DNA of 64,000 nucleotides from Minisyncoccota bacterium (GTDB lineage: Bacteria > Verrucomicrobiota > Verrucomicrobiia > Limisphaerales > UBA8199): positions 39,404 to 103,403 of the forward strand of contig DAOTCE010000006.1 of the NCBI GenBank assembly GCA_035452965.1, given 5' to 3'. Below, one piece after another: positions 28,111 through 37,635 of the stretch; positions within the stretch are counted from its first letter, which is position 1; each line of letters starts with the position of its first letter. The notes beneath the pieces are model-generated. The model was not told where the DNA came from, made no database searches, and was given only the letters and a program-made list of their open reading frames with translations. The position numbers and the translations under genes are program-made.

Positions 28111-29037
28111 ATGATCACAATCTCACGCCGTGAATTCATCGCCCAAACGTCCCTGGCCGCAACCACCACCGCCTTCTGTGGCGCCTGGATTCAGCGAGGT
28201 TTCACCGCCGAGCCCTGGCCGCCGCCGATCGTGGTGTTCAGCAAGATCTATCAGGCGCTCAAGCTGAACTTCGATGACGCGGCGGCGCTGACGGCGGAGG
28301 CGGGGATAGACGGCATAGACTGCCCGGTGCGGCCCGGCGGCGAGATTCTGCCGGAACAGGCGGCGACACGCCTGCCGGAATACGCGGCCGCCTTGAATAA
28401 GCACAGCCTGCAGGTGCCCTTGCTCACGACGGGGATTACCGGGGTGTCCTCACCCAATGCCGAAGAGATCCTGCGCACGGCGAAGCAGCACGGCGTACGC
28501 TTCTACCGATTAGGATTTGTGCTGCGGAAACCGGAGGTGCCCGCCGACCAGCAGGTGCGCGAGGTCCAGGCCCAACTCAAGGACCTGGCGGCGCTGAACA
28601 AGGCGGTCGGCCTCGGGGCCATTCTCCAAAATCACTCACCGACGGGCCGCAATTATGTCGGAGGCGACCTGGCGGACATGTATGAGATCGTCAAGGAATT
28701 CGACCCGGCGCAGGTCGGGGTGGCGTTCGACATCGGCCATGCGCTGGTGGTTCATGGTAACGAATGGCGCGGACACTTCGACAAGCTCAAATCGCACATC
28801 AAGGTCGCCTACGTGAAGGACGTGACCAGGGCCGGACGCTGGGTGCCGTTTGGCCAGGGCGACATCGGCGGGTTGGGCTACTTCAAGCTGCTCAGGCAAA
28901 CAGGCTGCCGCGCCCCCATCTCACTGCACATCGAGTTCGACTGGAGCGGCGGCGGGAAGTCCAGGACGCGCAGCGCGCTGATCAAGGCGCTGCGCGACAG
29001 CGCGCGGGTGTTGCGAGGCTGGCTCGCAGAGGCTTAA
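28111..29037 (+). CDS. TAT-signal sugar phosphate isomerase/epimerase (xylose isomerase-like TIM barrel)
   Basis: MITISRREFIAQTSLAATTTAF twin-arginine leader. TIM-barrel blocks GIDGIDCPVRPG, FDIGHALV, ISLHIEFD. Confidence 0.85.
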   Translation: MITISRREFIAQTSLAATTTAFCGAWIQRGFTAEPWPPPIVVFSKIYQALKLNFDDAAALTAEAGIDGIDCPVRPGGEILPEQAATRLPEYAAALNKHSLQVPLLTTGITGVSSPNAEEILRTAKQHGVRFYRLGFVLRKPEVPADQQVREVQAQLKDLAALNKAVGLGAILQNHSPTGRNYVGGDLADMYEIVKEFDPAQVGVAFDIGHALVVHGNEWRGHFDKLKSHIKVAYVKDVTRAGRWVPFGQGDIGGLGYFKLLRQTGCRAPISLHIEFDWSGGGKSRTRSALIKALRDSARVLRGWLAEA

Positions 29038-29119
29038 GCGGAATACCATAGACGAGAGTTTGCCCATTGCTCGCCCGCATGAGCTCTGCCCGGGTGAGGT
29101 GAAAGATGTTGGGCGTCAT

Positions 29120-29716
29120 TCACGGCATCCGCTCAAACGCCTCCGCACCGAGAATCCGCACCCGCTCGCGCGACGGGTAGAAGTATAAACAGCCCTGGCT
29201 CGTTCCCCCATAGGACCATGCCAGGCCCACATCCCCGGCGCCGAAATCTGCCGTCGGGTAGGCGCGGTCAATCACGACTGCATTTGGGCTTTGGTTCGTG
29301 CGAAAGTGTGCATCCACCATTACGCTGGGCACGGCAAAGGATTTCGAGGAAACACTCGTCACGAACACCCCCAGGTAGATTGGCTCGCCTTCGGCGGTCA
29401 CCACGAATGGGGTGCCTGACACCGGCGGGCGCGGCAAGCGGGCTCGCGCCTCTTGTGTCAGCCGCAGCGTGTGTGTGCTGAAGTCGTAGTTTAGAATGTC
29501 TGCGTCGGAAATCACGGGTGCCGGCGACAGCGTGACGTGAGACCAATCGTCCGTTCCCCGCGCTAGAATGCGCGGGTCCACTGGCCCCGCCAGTGTGTAG
29601 ATGGCGAAGCCGGGGTCGGGCACAATTGACCCCGGCAAGCCGGAAGCCACGGTGGGAACGACGCCGACGAAAGCGACCGCGACCGCTCCCGCCGCTTGCC
29701 TGAAACGCAACTTCAT
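29120..29716 (-). CDS. secreted hypothetical protein
   Basis: ORF 29120-29944. ATG 29716 gives signal peptide MKLRFRQAAGAVAVAFVGVVPTVASG. No recognisable domain. Confidence 0.55.
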   Translation of the reverse strand: MKLRFRQAAGAVAVAFVGVVPTVASGLPGSIVPDPGFAIYTLAGPVDPRILARGTDDWSHVTLSPAPVISDADILNYDFSTHTLRLTQEARARLPRPPVSGTPFVVTAEGEPIYLGVFVTSVSSKSFAVPSVMVDAHFRTNQSPNAVVIDRAYPTADFGAGDVGLAWSYGGTSQGCLYFYPSRERVRILGAEAFERMP

Positions 29717-29936
29717 GCCTTCAACCTTGCTACCCAACCGAGCAGGAGATGTCAAAGCCGCGTAAAACAATTGTAAAAGAATTGGCTGCTGTTGAAAGTC
29801 AGGGGCGCTGCACCGGCATCCGAGGAAGTTCCGGGGAGGTTCACCCGCCCAGGCAATCTGGAATGGCCGCAAATGCTGCATCGGCAAGGGGAACCGTGCT
29901 CCGGCTGGAAGCACGATTTGGGGGAGGTCTGGAGGC

Positions 29937-32312
29937 ATGGCCAACTGCCAGGAATGCTATACTATTCGAAGTGTGATGACGCGTGGCGATACTGACAGGA
30001 CGAGAGAAGCACAAAGGTCCGGGGCTCGCATGCCCACGGTGTTGGGCACCGGTCTGATCGCGCTGGACGTGGTCATCCCTTCCGGGCCCGGCTCTTCTGC
30101 CTGGTGCTTTTTGGGTGGCACTTGCGGCAATGTCCTCACGATCCTGAGCGCCCTGGGCTGGCGGAGCTATCCCATTGGACGGCTGGACCTCAATCACCCA
30201 GCCTGCTCCCTGTTCAATGCCGAACTGGCTCTCTGGGGGCTGCGCACGGAGTTTCTCCACTTGGCCCCGCCGGCGGCAGTGCCAGTCATCGTGCAACGGA
30301 ACCGTGCGAACCCCGATGGGGGATCGCGGCATTCGTTCTCTTTCCGTTGCCCGCGATGTCGCAGGTACCTCCCGGGCTTCCAACCGGTGCGCCTTGACAC
30401 TGCCCAACAACAGCTTGTTGCCCTGCCGCCACGCGACGTGTTCTTCCTGGACCGACCCTCCCCTGGCAACCTGCTGCTCGCGAAGGAAGCCGCCGCGGGT
30501 GGCGCACTGGTAGTTTTCGAACCGACCGGCATCGGAAAAGGCCCGGCCGAGAGACACTTCCGCGAGGCGATCGCCCTGGCCCACGTCCTCAAATACTCGA
30601 ACAGCCGTCTGCCTGGATTCTCGGATGCGCCGGGTTCCCGCTCCCCGCTGTTAGAGATTGAAACACTGGGGGAGGCTGGACTGCGTTATCGGCGAGCGAT
30701 CGCGGGAGCCAGGTCCTCCGACTGGGTCACGCTCCGGGCCCTCCCGGCGGTCGTATCGGGCGATACCGCGGGCGCCGGGGATTGGACAACTGCTATCGCG
30801 ATTCATGTGCTTAACCTGTCGGGGTGTTCACAGCCAGGCACGCTTGCGGCCTGTACCAACGCTGAGATTGAGGCCGCGCTCCGGGCGGGTCAGGCAGCCG
30901 CGGCCTGGAATTGCCAGTTCCAGGGGGCGCGCGGGAGCATGTTTCAGTCAGCAAGCGTCCTGTCTGACTTTGTCCAACGACTAACGGGCCGACTATATCC
31001 CTTGGACCTGCGGGCAAATGGTCCGCTCCGCGCGCCGGAGCCGCACCCGGTTACGGACCTGATGCGCAAGCTGTGCGCCGTTTGCCGGGGATACGAGAAC
31101 GTTGCGTCTGCAACGGCGCTGCCTTCGACTGCTCCGCCCGTCGGCGGGTGGAGAATCGTCGGCCGACCGGGATACATCGGCCAGCGCAGGCAGTCGACCG
31201 CGGCCGAGCTGGACCGGCGCTACGGGGTTGGGCGATGGCGGATCGCCTACGACTGGCAGGCAGAGATAATCACGCGGGAGCAAGCGCTCGAGCATTACAC
31301 CCGCGCCTATGAGATCTGGCTGCAGAACAACTCGGACCTCCTCGATTGGCTGGTGCGAACCGCATCGGACATTTACGACATTTCGCCGGAGGATGTTCAA
31401 TCGAACACAGACTACAACATCCAGACCGGCTCAGCCGTCCATTTGCAGGACATTGCGGTGCGCATCGCCGTGTCGAGGCTGGGGCGCAAGTTTGAAGGCG
31501 ACCGACTGGTTCAGATCCGGGGGAGGCAGTCCGAAGGGTCTGCGCTGAGTCCCGGGGTCGTGCCCTTTCACCAGCCGGAGTTGATCACACAGCCCGAGTT
31601 GAAGGGATGGTGGCAGCCCGGAACCGTGGAATCGTTCTGGCAAAGTAACAAGGTCCTCCAGGTTCGCCACCCTCCCCGGCGCACTTTGATGTTCGGCGGA
31701 TCATTCAACCCGGTCCACAATGGGCACCTCGCGCTGGCCAAGTTCGTCCGGGAACAGCTCGGATTTGACCGCGTCCTCTTCATTCCTAACGGCGACAACT
31801 ACCGCAAGCCAGATCTGGCGCCCGCTGTGGCACGACTGGCGATGGTCCAAGCCGCGATCGCGGGTGAGGCCGCTTACGATATTGTGGATGTAGAGGTCTA
31901 CAGCAAAGAACCCTTGCGGGTCGTCAAGACCACCGAGGAACTGCGTGCGGAGTATCCGGAGGATGACCTGGTGCTGCTGCGCGGGCTGGATGCGCTGCCC
32001 AGGACGCATCATCGGCTCTTTGCCATCCCCGGATTGCGCGTGCTCGTCCTGTATCGGGATACGGGCGGCCGGAGCTTTGAAGAAATCCTGCGCCGGAATC
32101 CCCACCTCGACGCTAACCGGCAGCGCATCGACTACATCGAAGAGGCGTTCCGGTGTTCGCTATCATCCTCTGAAGTGCGCCGCGCGCTTTGCGAGGGTCG
32201 CTCGATTGAATCGCTGGTTCCAGCGACTGTGGCTGACATCATCAGAGGCCAGGGGCTCTACAATCCAGCCAAGACAGGCACCGGGCTGACCGATCATCCG
32301 GCCCACGAGTAG
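29937..32312 (+). CDS. fusion protein: PfkB-family kinase domain + unknown domain + NadD-like nicotinate/nicotinamide-nucleotide adenylyltransferase domain
   Basis: 791-aa ORF. ATG 29937 is preceded by GGGGGAGG at ~9 nt; ATG 30030 is an alternative. PfkB signatures GGTCGNVLTILSALG and SGDTAGAGDWTTAIA. CxxC motifs at aa 4-7, 138-141 and 380-383. NadD motifs GGSFNPVHNGH and SSSEVRR in the last ~200 aa. Confidence 0.8.
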   Translation: MANCQECYTIRSVMTRGDTDRTREAQRSGARMPTVLGTGLIALDVVIPSGPGSSAWCFLGGTCGNVLTILSALGWRSYPIGRLDLNHPACSLFNAELALWGLRTEFLHLAPPAAVPVIVQRNRANPDGGSRHSFSFRCPRCRRYLPGFQPVRLDTAQQQLVALPPRDVFFLDRPSPGNLLLAKEAAAGGALVVFEPTGIGKGPAERHFREAIALAHVLKYSNSRLPGFSDAPGSRSPLLEIETLGEAGLRYRRAIAGARSSDWVTLRALPAVVSGDTAGAGDWTTAIAIHVLNLSGCSQPGTLAACTNAEIEAALRAGQAAAAWNCQFQGARGSMFQSASVLSDFVQRLTGRLYPLDLRANGPLRAPEPHPVTDLMRKLCAVCRGYENVASATALPSTAPPVGGWRIVGRPGYIGQRRQSTAAELDRRYGVGRWRIAYDWQAEIITREQALEHYTRAYEIWLQNNSDLLDWLVRTASDIYDISPEDVQSNTDYNIQTGSAVHLQDIAVRIAVSRLGRKFEGDRLVQIRGRQSEGSALSPGVVPFHQPELITQPELKGWWQPGTVESFWQSNKVLQVRHPPRRTLMFGGSFNPVHNGHLALAKFVREQLGFDRVLFIPNGDNYRKPDLAPAVARLAMVQAAIAGEAAYDIVDVEVYSKEPLRVVKTTEELRAEYPEDDLVLLRGLDALPRTHHRLFAIPGLRVLVLYRDTGGRSFEEILRRNPHLDANRQRIDYIEEAFRCSLSSSEVRRALCEGRSIESLVPATVADIIRGQGLYNPAKTGTGLTDHPAHE

Positions 32313-32335
32313 CTCGCATAGGGGTCATCAAGGGG

Positions 32336-33034
32336 TCAGAGCTTTGCCGCTGCCGCCTGGTCGGCCAGAACCATGGCCTCGTTGCGGCGAACGTGGGCGG
32401 CTGGGATCGTCATATCCCCATCGCGCAGCCGCAGCAGCATGCCGGCCTTCTCCACACCCGTTACCACCCACAGGATGCGCCGCGCTCGATTGAGCATAGG
32501 GTAGGTCAACGTCATCCGCCGCCTTCCCTGGTAAGCCGCGGTAACCACCACGTCTGCTTTGGCGACATTGAGCACCGGGTCCCCCGGCACTAAGGAGGCC
32601 GTGTGGCCATCCGAACCGAGCCCCAGCTGGACGAGGTCGAGTACCGGCGGGGTGCCGGCGGCTTGCTGGAGCATCTGTGCGTAACGATTGACGGCATCCT
32701 CCAGGTCAGGCAAATCGACAGGCATGGCCAAAACCTGCTCGGGGCATAGCGGAACTTGTTCCAAAAGCGCGTCGCGCAAGCGGGTGAGGTTTCGGTCCGG
32801 GTCACCGGCAGGGGCCACACGCTCGTCCACCTGGGCCACATAGACATTTCGCCAGGGGATATCCTCTCGCACCAGTGCGCGCAGCATCTGCCAGGGTGTC
32901 TGACCACCGCTCACGGCAAAGGTGAATCGACCCCGCGCCGCTACCGCTCCCCTGCCCTCCCGGGCAATGCATTCGGCTGCCTCAACCGCCACCGCCGCCG
33001 CGTCCGCCAGCACTCGAATCTTCATGGTCCGCAT
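32336..33034 (-). CDS. pgl: 6-phosphogluconolactonase
   Basis: 232 aa. FTFAVSGGQTP motif and the ...LGLGSDGHTASL block. ATG 33025 (MKIRVL) is an alternative start. Confidence 0.9.
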   Translation of the reverse strand: MRTMKIRVLADAAAVAVEAAECIAREGRGAVAARGRFTFAVSGGQTPWQMLRALVREDIPWRNVYVAQVDERVAPAGDPDRNLTRLRDALLEQVPLCPEQVLAMPVDLPDLEDAVNRYAQMLQQAAGTPPVLDLVQLGLGSDGHTASLVPGDPVLNVAKADVVVTAAYQGRRRMTLTYPMLNRARRILWVVTGVEKAGMLLRLRDGDMTIPAAHVRRNEAMVLADQAAAAKL

Positions 33035-33046
33035 CAGACAGCCGCG

Positions 33047-34687
33047 CTACCACACTTTCAGCGCGCGATACCGACGAATGAGGTTGTTCGTAGAGCTGTC
33101 ATGACTCAGCTCAGGCTCGGCCTTGTTCTCAAGCTGAGGAATAATCCGCTGAGCCAGGTCCTTGCCAAGTTGCACGCCCCACTGGTCGAACGAGCCGACA
33201 TTCCAGAGGGCGCCCTGGGTGAATACGTTATGCTCATACAGCGCCACGAGCTTGCCGAGCGCTTCCGGCGTCAGCCGTTCGATGAGGATGGTGTTAGACG
33301 GGCGATTCCCCTCGAAGATCCGGTGCGGCACAAGCCAATCGGGCACGCCCTCGGCCTTGACCTGTTCTGGGGTCATGCCAAACGCCAGCGCTTTGCTCTG
33401 CGCAAAGACATTTGCCAGCAGCAGGTCATGGTGACAACCCAACGGCGTGAGCGCTTGGGCGAACGCAATGAAGTCGCACGGGATAAGCCGCGTGCCCTGG
33501 TGGATCAACTGGTAGAACGAATGCTGGCCGTTGGTGCCGGGTTCGCCCCAATAAACGGGACTGGTATCGTAGTCCACCGCAGTTCCCGCCAGTGTGACAC
33601 GCTTGCCGTTGCTCTCCATGGTCAACTGCTGCAAGTAAGCAGGAAACCGCTTCAGGTACTGCTCATAGGGCAGCACGGCAACAGTCTCTGCGCCGAAGAA
33701 GTCGTTGTACCAGATCGCCAGCAGGGCCATCAGCACCGGCAGGTTCCGTTCGAACGGCGCGGTGCGGAAGTGCTCGTCCATCTGGTGAAAGCCGCTGAGC
33801 ATCGCGCGGAAGTTCTCCGGGCCGATTGCGATCATCGTGGACAATCCGATCGCCGAGCACAGGGAGTAGCGCCCCCCCACCCAATCCCAGAATGGAAACA
33901 TGTTTGCGGTGTCTATGCCAAACTCGGCCACCTTCTCGGCCCTGGTCGAGACCGCGACAAAGTGTCTCGCGACCGCCGCCCGGTCGCCCCCCAGGCCGTT
34001 TACCAGCCACTCACGCGCGCTCTCCGCGTTGGTCATGGTCTCCAGCGTGGTGAAGGTCTTGGATGACACAATGAACAGCGTCTCCGCCGGATCGAGGTCG
34101 CAGGTCGCCTCCACGAGGTCAACCCCGTCTATGTTGGAGACGAACCGGAACGTCATAGTCCGATCGCTGTAATGCCTCAGCGCCTCGTAGGCCATAACCG
34201 GCCCGAGGTCCGAGCCACCGATGCCGATGTTAACCACGTTCCGAATGCGCTTGCCGGTGTGACCAGTCCATGCTCCGCTCCGGATGTCTTGGGCGAAGCA
34301 CGCCATCTTGTCCAGCACGGCGTGCACCTCGGGCACCACGTTCATTCCGTTCACGGAAATGGACACTTCTTTCGGCGCGCGCAGGGCCACGTGCAGGACG
34401 GCGCGGTTCTCGGTAAGGTTGATCGCGTCTCCGCGGAACATGGCGTCAATGCGCCCGCGCAGGCCGGATTCCTCGGCTAGCCGCAACAGCCACTTAATCG
34501 TCCGGGCGGAGATGCGGTTCTTGGAGTAATCCAGGAACAGGCCCACAGCCTCAGCCGTCATGCGGTCTGCGCGCTTGGGGTCCCTGGCGAAGAGCTCGCG
34601 CAAATGCCATTTGCGGGCGGCCCGGTAGTGCGTGGCCAGGGCTTTCCAGGAGTTGAGTGCTGTAAGTGAGGTAATTGGTTCTGGCAT
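33047..34687 (-). CDS. pgi: glucose-6-phosphate isomerase
   Basis: 546 aa. Collinear PGI motifs ([35 protein letters not shown]). Confidence 0.97.
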   Translation of the reverse strand: MPEPITSLTALNSWKALATHYRAARKWHLRELFARDPKRADRMTAEAVGLFLDYSKNRISARTIKWLLRLAEESGLRGRIDAMFRGDAINLTENRAVLHVALRAPKEVSISVNGMNVVPEVHAVLDKMACFAQDIRSGAWTGHTGKRIRNVVNIGIGGSDLGPVMAYEALRHYSDRTMTFRFVSNIDGVDLVEATCDLDPAETLFIVSSKTFTTLETMTNAESAREWLVNGLGGDRAAVARHFVAVSTRAEKVAEFGIDTANMFPFWDWVGGRYSLCSAIGLSTMIAIGPENFRAMLSGFHQMDEHFRTAPFERNLPVLMALLAIWYNDFFGAETVAVLPYEQYLKRFPAYLQQLTMESNGKRVTLAGTAVDYDTSPVYWGEPGTNGQHSFYQLIHQGTRLIPCDFIAFAQALTPLGCHHDLLLANVFAQSKALAFGMTPEQVKAEGVPDWLVPHRIFEGNRPSNTILIERLTPEALGKLVALYEHNVFTQGALWNVGSFDQWGVQLGKDLAQRIIPQLENKAEPELSHDSSTNNLIRRYRALKVW

Positions 34688-34695
34688 AAATGTTG

Positions 34696-35781
34696 TCAGG
34701 TGGCAACTCCAAGCGCCTCGGCCTTCGCGGCGATGACGGTCATCAGCTTGTTCCAGGATTTGGAGAAGGCGTCGGCGCCTTCGGCCTGGAGCCGCGCGGC
34801 TAACGCATCCACGCCAATCCCCGCCTCGGCGAACTGCGCCAAGACCTTCTCGCAGTCACCGCCGTCCGCCGGCATGATTGGGCCGACGTGACCGTGGCTG
34901 GCGAAGGCCTTCAGAGTTCCCTCGGGCATGGTGTTGACCGTGAAGGGCGCGGTGAGGGCCTCTACGTAGAGCACATCAGATGCGTGAGGATCTTTCGTTC
35001 CCGTGCTGGCCCACAGGAGGCGCTGGGGCCGGGCGCCGCAGTTGAATGCGCGCTGCCAGCGGGGCGCGTTCAGCAGCTCGCGATAAGCCTTGTAGGTGCG
35101 CCGGGCGATGGCCACCCCAAGCTGATTGGTCAGCCCGGCGGGCACCCTGCCCGCCACCGCAACATCCCAGCGGCTGATGAAAAGCGACGCGACCGAAGCA
35201 ACGTCGGGCGGAAGGCCGGCTTCAATGCGCCGTTCGATGCCGCGCAGGTAGGCTTCCGCCGCAGCCACATATTGCTCGCGCGAGAACAACAACGTCACGT
35301 TGATCGGAACCCCGGCGAAAACGGCCTCTTCAATGGCCGGCAATCCTTCCCGCGTCCCGGGGATTTTGATGAACAGGTTTGCCCGCCCCGCCCGCGCGTG
35401 CAACGCCTTGGCCTCCGCGAGGGTGCTCGCGGCGTCGTAGGCCAGCAAGGGCGACACTTCCAGCGATACCCAGCCATCCAGGCTGTTCGTGCGGTGATGG
35501 ACAATCCAAAACAGGTCGGCAGCCCGGGTGAGATCCTCCAGCGCGAGATCAAAGAACAAAGCCTCTCCTGTCTTCCCCTCCCGCGCCTCATCGCGGATAG
35601 CCGCATCGTAAGCGGTGCTGCTCGTGATGGCCTGATTGAAGATAGTCGGGTTGGATGTAAGTCCGGTCACCGAGAACTCCTCGATGTAACGCCGCAAAGT
35701 GCCGCTGGAAAGGAGATCGCGCGTAATGTTATCGAGCCAGAGACTCTGTCCCAGGTCGTGAAGCACTTGTGTAGGTTTCAT
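34696..35781 (-). CDS. tal: transaldolase (long, actinobacterial-type)
   Basis: ORF to 35811. ATG 35781 gives [24 protein letters not shown]...[10 protein letters not shown]. Catalytic-Lys block NLFIKIPGT. Confidence 0.95.
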   Translation of the reverse strand: MKPTQVLHDLGQSLWLDNITRDLLSSGTLRRYIEEFSVTGLTSNPTIFNQAITSSTAYDAAIRDEAREGKTGEALFFDLALEDLTRAADLFWIVHHRTNSLDGWVSLEVSPLLAYDAASTLAEAKALHARAGRANLFIKIPGTREGLPAIEEAVFAGVPINVTLLFSREQYVAAAEAYLRGIERRIEAGLPPDVASVASLFISRWDVAVAGRVPAGLTNQLGVAIARRTYKAYRELLNAPRWQRAFNCGARPQRLLWASTGTKDPHASDVLYVEALTAPFTVNTMPEGTLKAFASHGHVGPIMPADGGDCEKVLAQFAEAGIGVDALAARLQAEGADAFSKSWNKLMTVIAAKAEALGVAT

Positions 35782-35967
35782 AGGCGAATTGCTTGCCTTT
35801 CCTGCTTCCAATTTAGGGGGAGCCTGGACTGAATGTCAAAAGGAGCTTTCCCATAATGACCTCCAGGTTGAGACGTTTCACCAGGACGCACGTGCTCGGG
35901 AATGCCCGGCTGCCTTGGCGAGGTGTCCCCACCAAACAGCGGCCAGGCTTGTCCTTCAATCCGCCCC

Positions 35968-37635
35968 TTACATGCTGGCCAGGGCCTGACGCACAATGCT
36001 CTGTGCCTCGCTTACGATGGCCTGCAGGTGCGTCTCGTCGCGGAAGCTCTCCGCGTAGATCTTGTACAGATTTTCGGTTCCGGAAGGCCGCGCCGCAAAC
36101 CAACCGTTGGCCGTCACCACCTTTAATCCGCCGATTGGCTCGTTGTTGCCCGGCGCGCGAGTCAGCTTGGCGGTGATCGCTTCCCCCGCCAGGCTCGACG
36201 CCTGCACCGCCTCAGGCGACAATCTTTCCAGCCGCGCTTTCTGCTCGGGGGTGGCCGCTGCGTCTATACGCGTGTAATACGGCATCCCGAATTCCGCGAC
36301 CAGCGACCTGAAGTGTTCCCCCGGGTCCTTGCCGGTGCGCGCAGTTATCTCCGCCGCCAGCAGGTCCAACAGAATGCCGTCTTTGTCCGTCGTCCAAACC
36401 GACCCGTCCTGCCGAAGGAAACTCGCCCCCGCGCTCTCCTCCCCCCCGAAGCACCAGGAGCCATCCAGCAGGTGCGGCGCGAAATACTTAAAGCCCACCG
36501 GCACCTCGGCCAAATGCCGATTCAATTGGTTAACCACCCGGTCAATCATGCCGCTGCTGACCAGCGTCTTGCCCACCGCCGCTTCAGCCTTCCACCCGGA
36601 CCGGTGCATGAGCAGGTAGCGGATCGCCACGGCCAGGTAATGATTTGGATTCATCAGTCCCGCTGACGGCGTCACAATGCCATGCCGGTCGGAGTCCGGG
36701 TCATTGCCAAACGCCACCTGGTACTGGTTCTTCAGCCCGACCAATCCCGCCATCGCGCATGGGCTGGAGCAGTCCATGCGGACCTTGCCATCGTGATCCA
36801 CGGTCATGAAGGCAAACGTTGGGTCGAGCTTCGGGTTGACCACCGTGATGTCCAACCCATAGATGGAATTGATTGGTTCCCAGCAGGGCAAGGCAGCCCC
36901 GCCCAGCGGGTCCGCGCCCAGCCTGAGACTCGCCGCCCGTATGGCCTCCATGTCAACCACACTGTGCAGATCCTTCACGTAAGGCAGGATGAAATCCTCC
37001 TCGTGCGTGGTTCCCGCATTAATGGCCGTGTCGAACGGCACGCGCTTCACGTCCACATTGCCCTCGCACAGCATTTCATTGGCGCGTTGCTGAACCCAAT
37101 TTGTCACGGTCGTTTCTGCCGGGCCGCCGTGGGGCGGGTTATACTTGAAGCCTCCATCCTCCGGCGGGTTGTGCGAAGGCGTGATGACAATGCCATCGGC
37201 CAAATGCTCCTTCCGGCCCTGGTTATAGACCAGGATGGCCCGCGAGATCACCGGCGTCGGCGTCACTCCGTCATCACGCTGTAGGATGGTCTCGACGTTA
37301 TTAGCCGCCAGCACTTCCAGGGCCGTGTGCTGCGCCGGCCCAGACAGCGCGTGGCTGTCCCTTCCCACATGCACCGGGCCGTCGATGCCCTGGCGGCGCC
37401 GGTAATCGCAGATCGCCTGGGTGATTGCCAGGATATGCGCCTCGGTGAATGTGCCGCGCAAGGACGTGCCACGGTGTCCAGACGTGCCGAAGTTCACCCA
37501 CTGGTTGCGGTTGCCCACGTCCGGCCGACGCTCGTAATAGTCTCGTTCGAGCCGAGACAAATCCACCAGCATTTCCTTTGGCAGCGGCCTGCCTGCGAGC
37601 GGGGAAGTCCCCACAGGTTGAAGGGGGGGCTTCAT
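35968..37635 (-). CDS. pgm: phosphoglucomutase (alpha-D-glucose phosphate-specific)
   Basis: 555 aa. Active-site loop [19 protein letters not shown]. Mg loop [10 protein letters not shown]. The start ATG overlaps the GH2 stop by 4 nt. Confidence 0.95.
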   Translation of the reverse strand: MKPPLQPVGTSPLAGRPLPKEMLVDLSRLERDYYERRPDVGNRNQWVNFGTSGHRGTSLRGTFTEAHILAITQAICDYRRRQGIDGPVHVGRDSHALSGPAQHTALEVLAANNVETILQRDDGVTPTPVISRAILVYNQGRKEHLADGIVITPSHNPPEDGGFKYNPPHGGPAETTVTNWVQQRANEMLCEGNVDVKRVPFDTAINAGTTHEEDFILPYVKDLHSVVDMEAIRAASLRLGADPLGGAALPCWEPINSIYGLDITVVNPKLDPTFAFMTVDHDGKVRMDCSSPCAMAGLVGLKNQYQVAFGNDPDSDRHGIVTPSAGLMNPNHYLAVAIRYLLMHRSGWKAEAAVGKTLVSSGMIDRVVNQLNRHLAEVPVGFKYFAPHLLDGSWCFGGEESAGASFLRQDGSVWTTDKDGILLDLLAAEITARTGKDPGEHFRSLVAEFGMPYYTRIDAAATPEQKARLERLSPEAVQASSLAGEAITAKLTRAPGNNEPIGGLKVVTANGWFAARPSGTENLYKIYAESFRDETHLQAIVSEAQSIVRQALASM

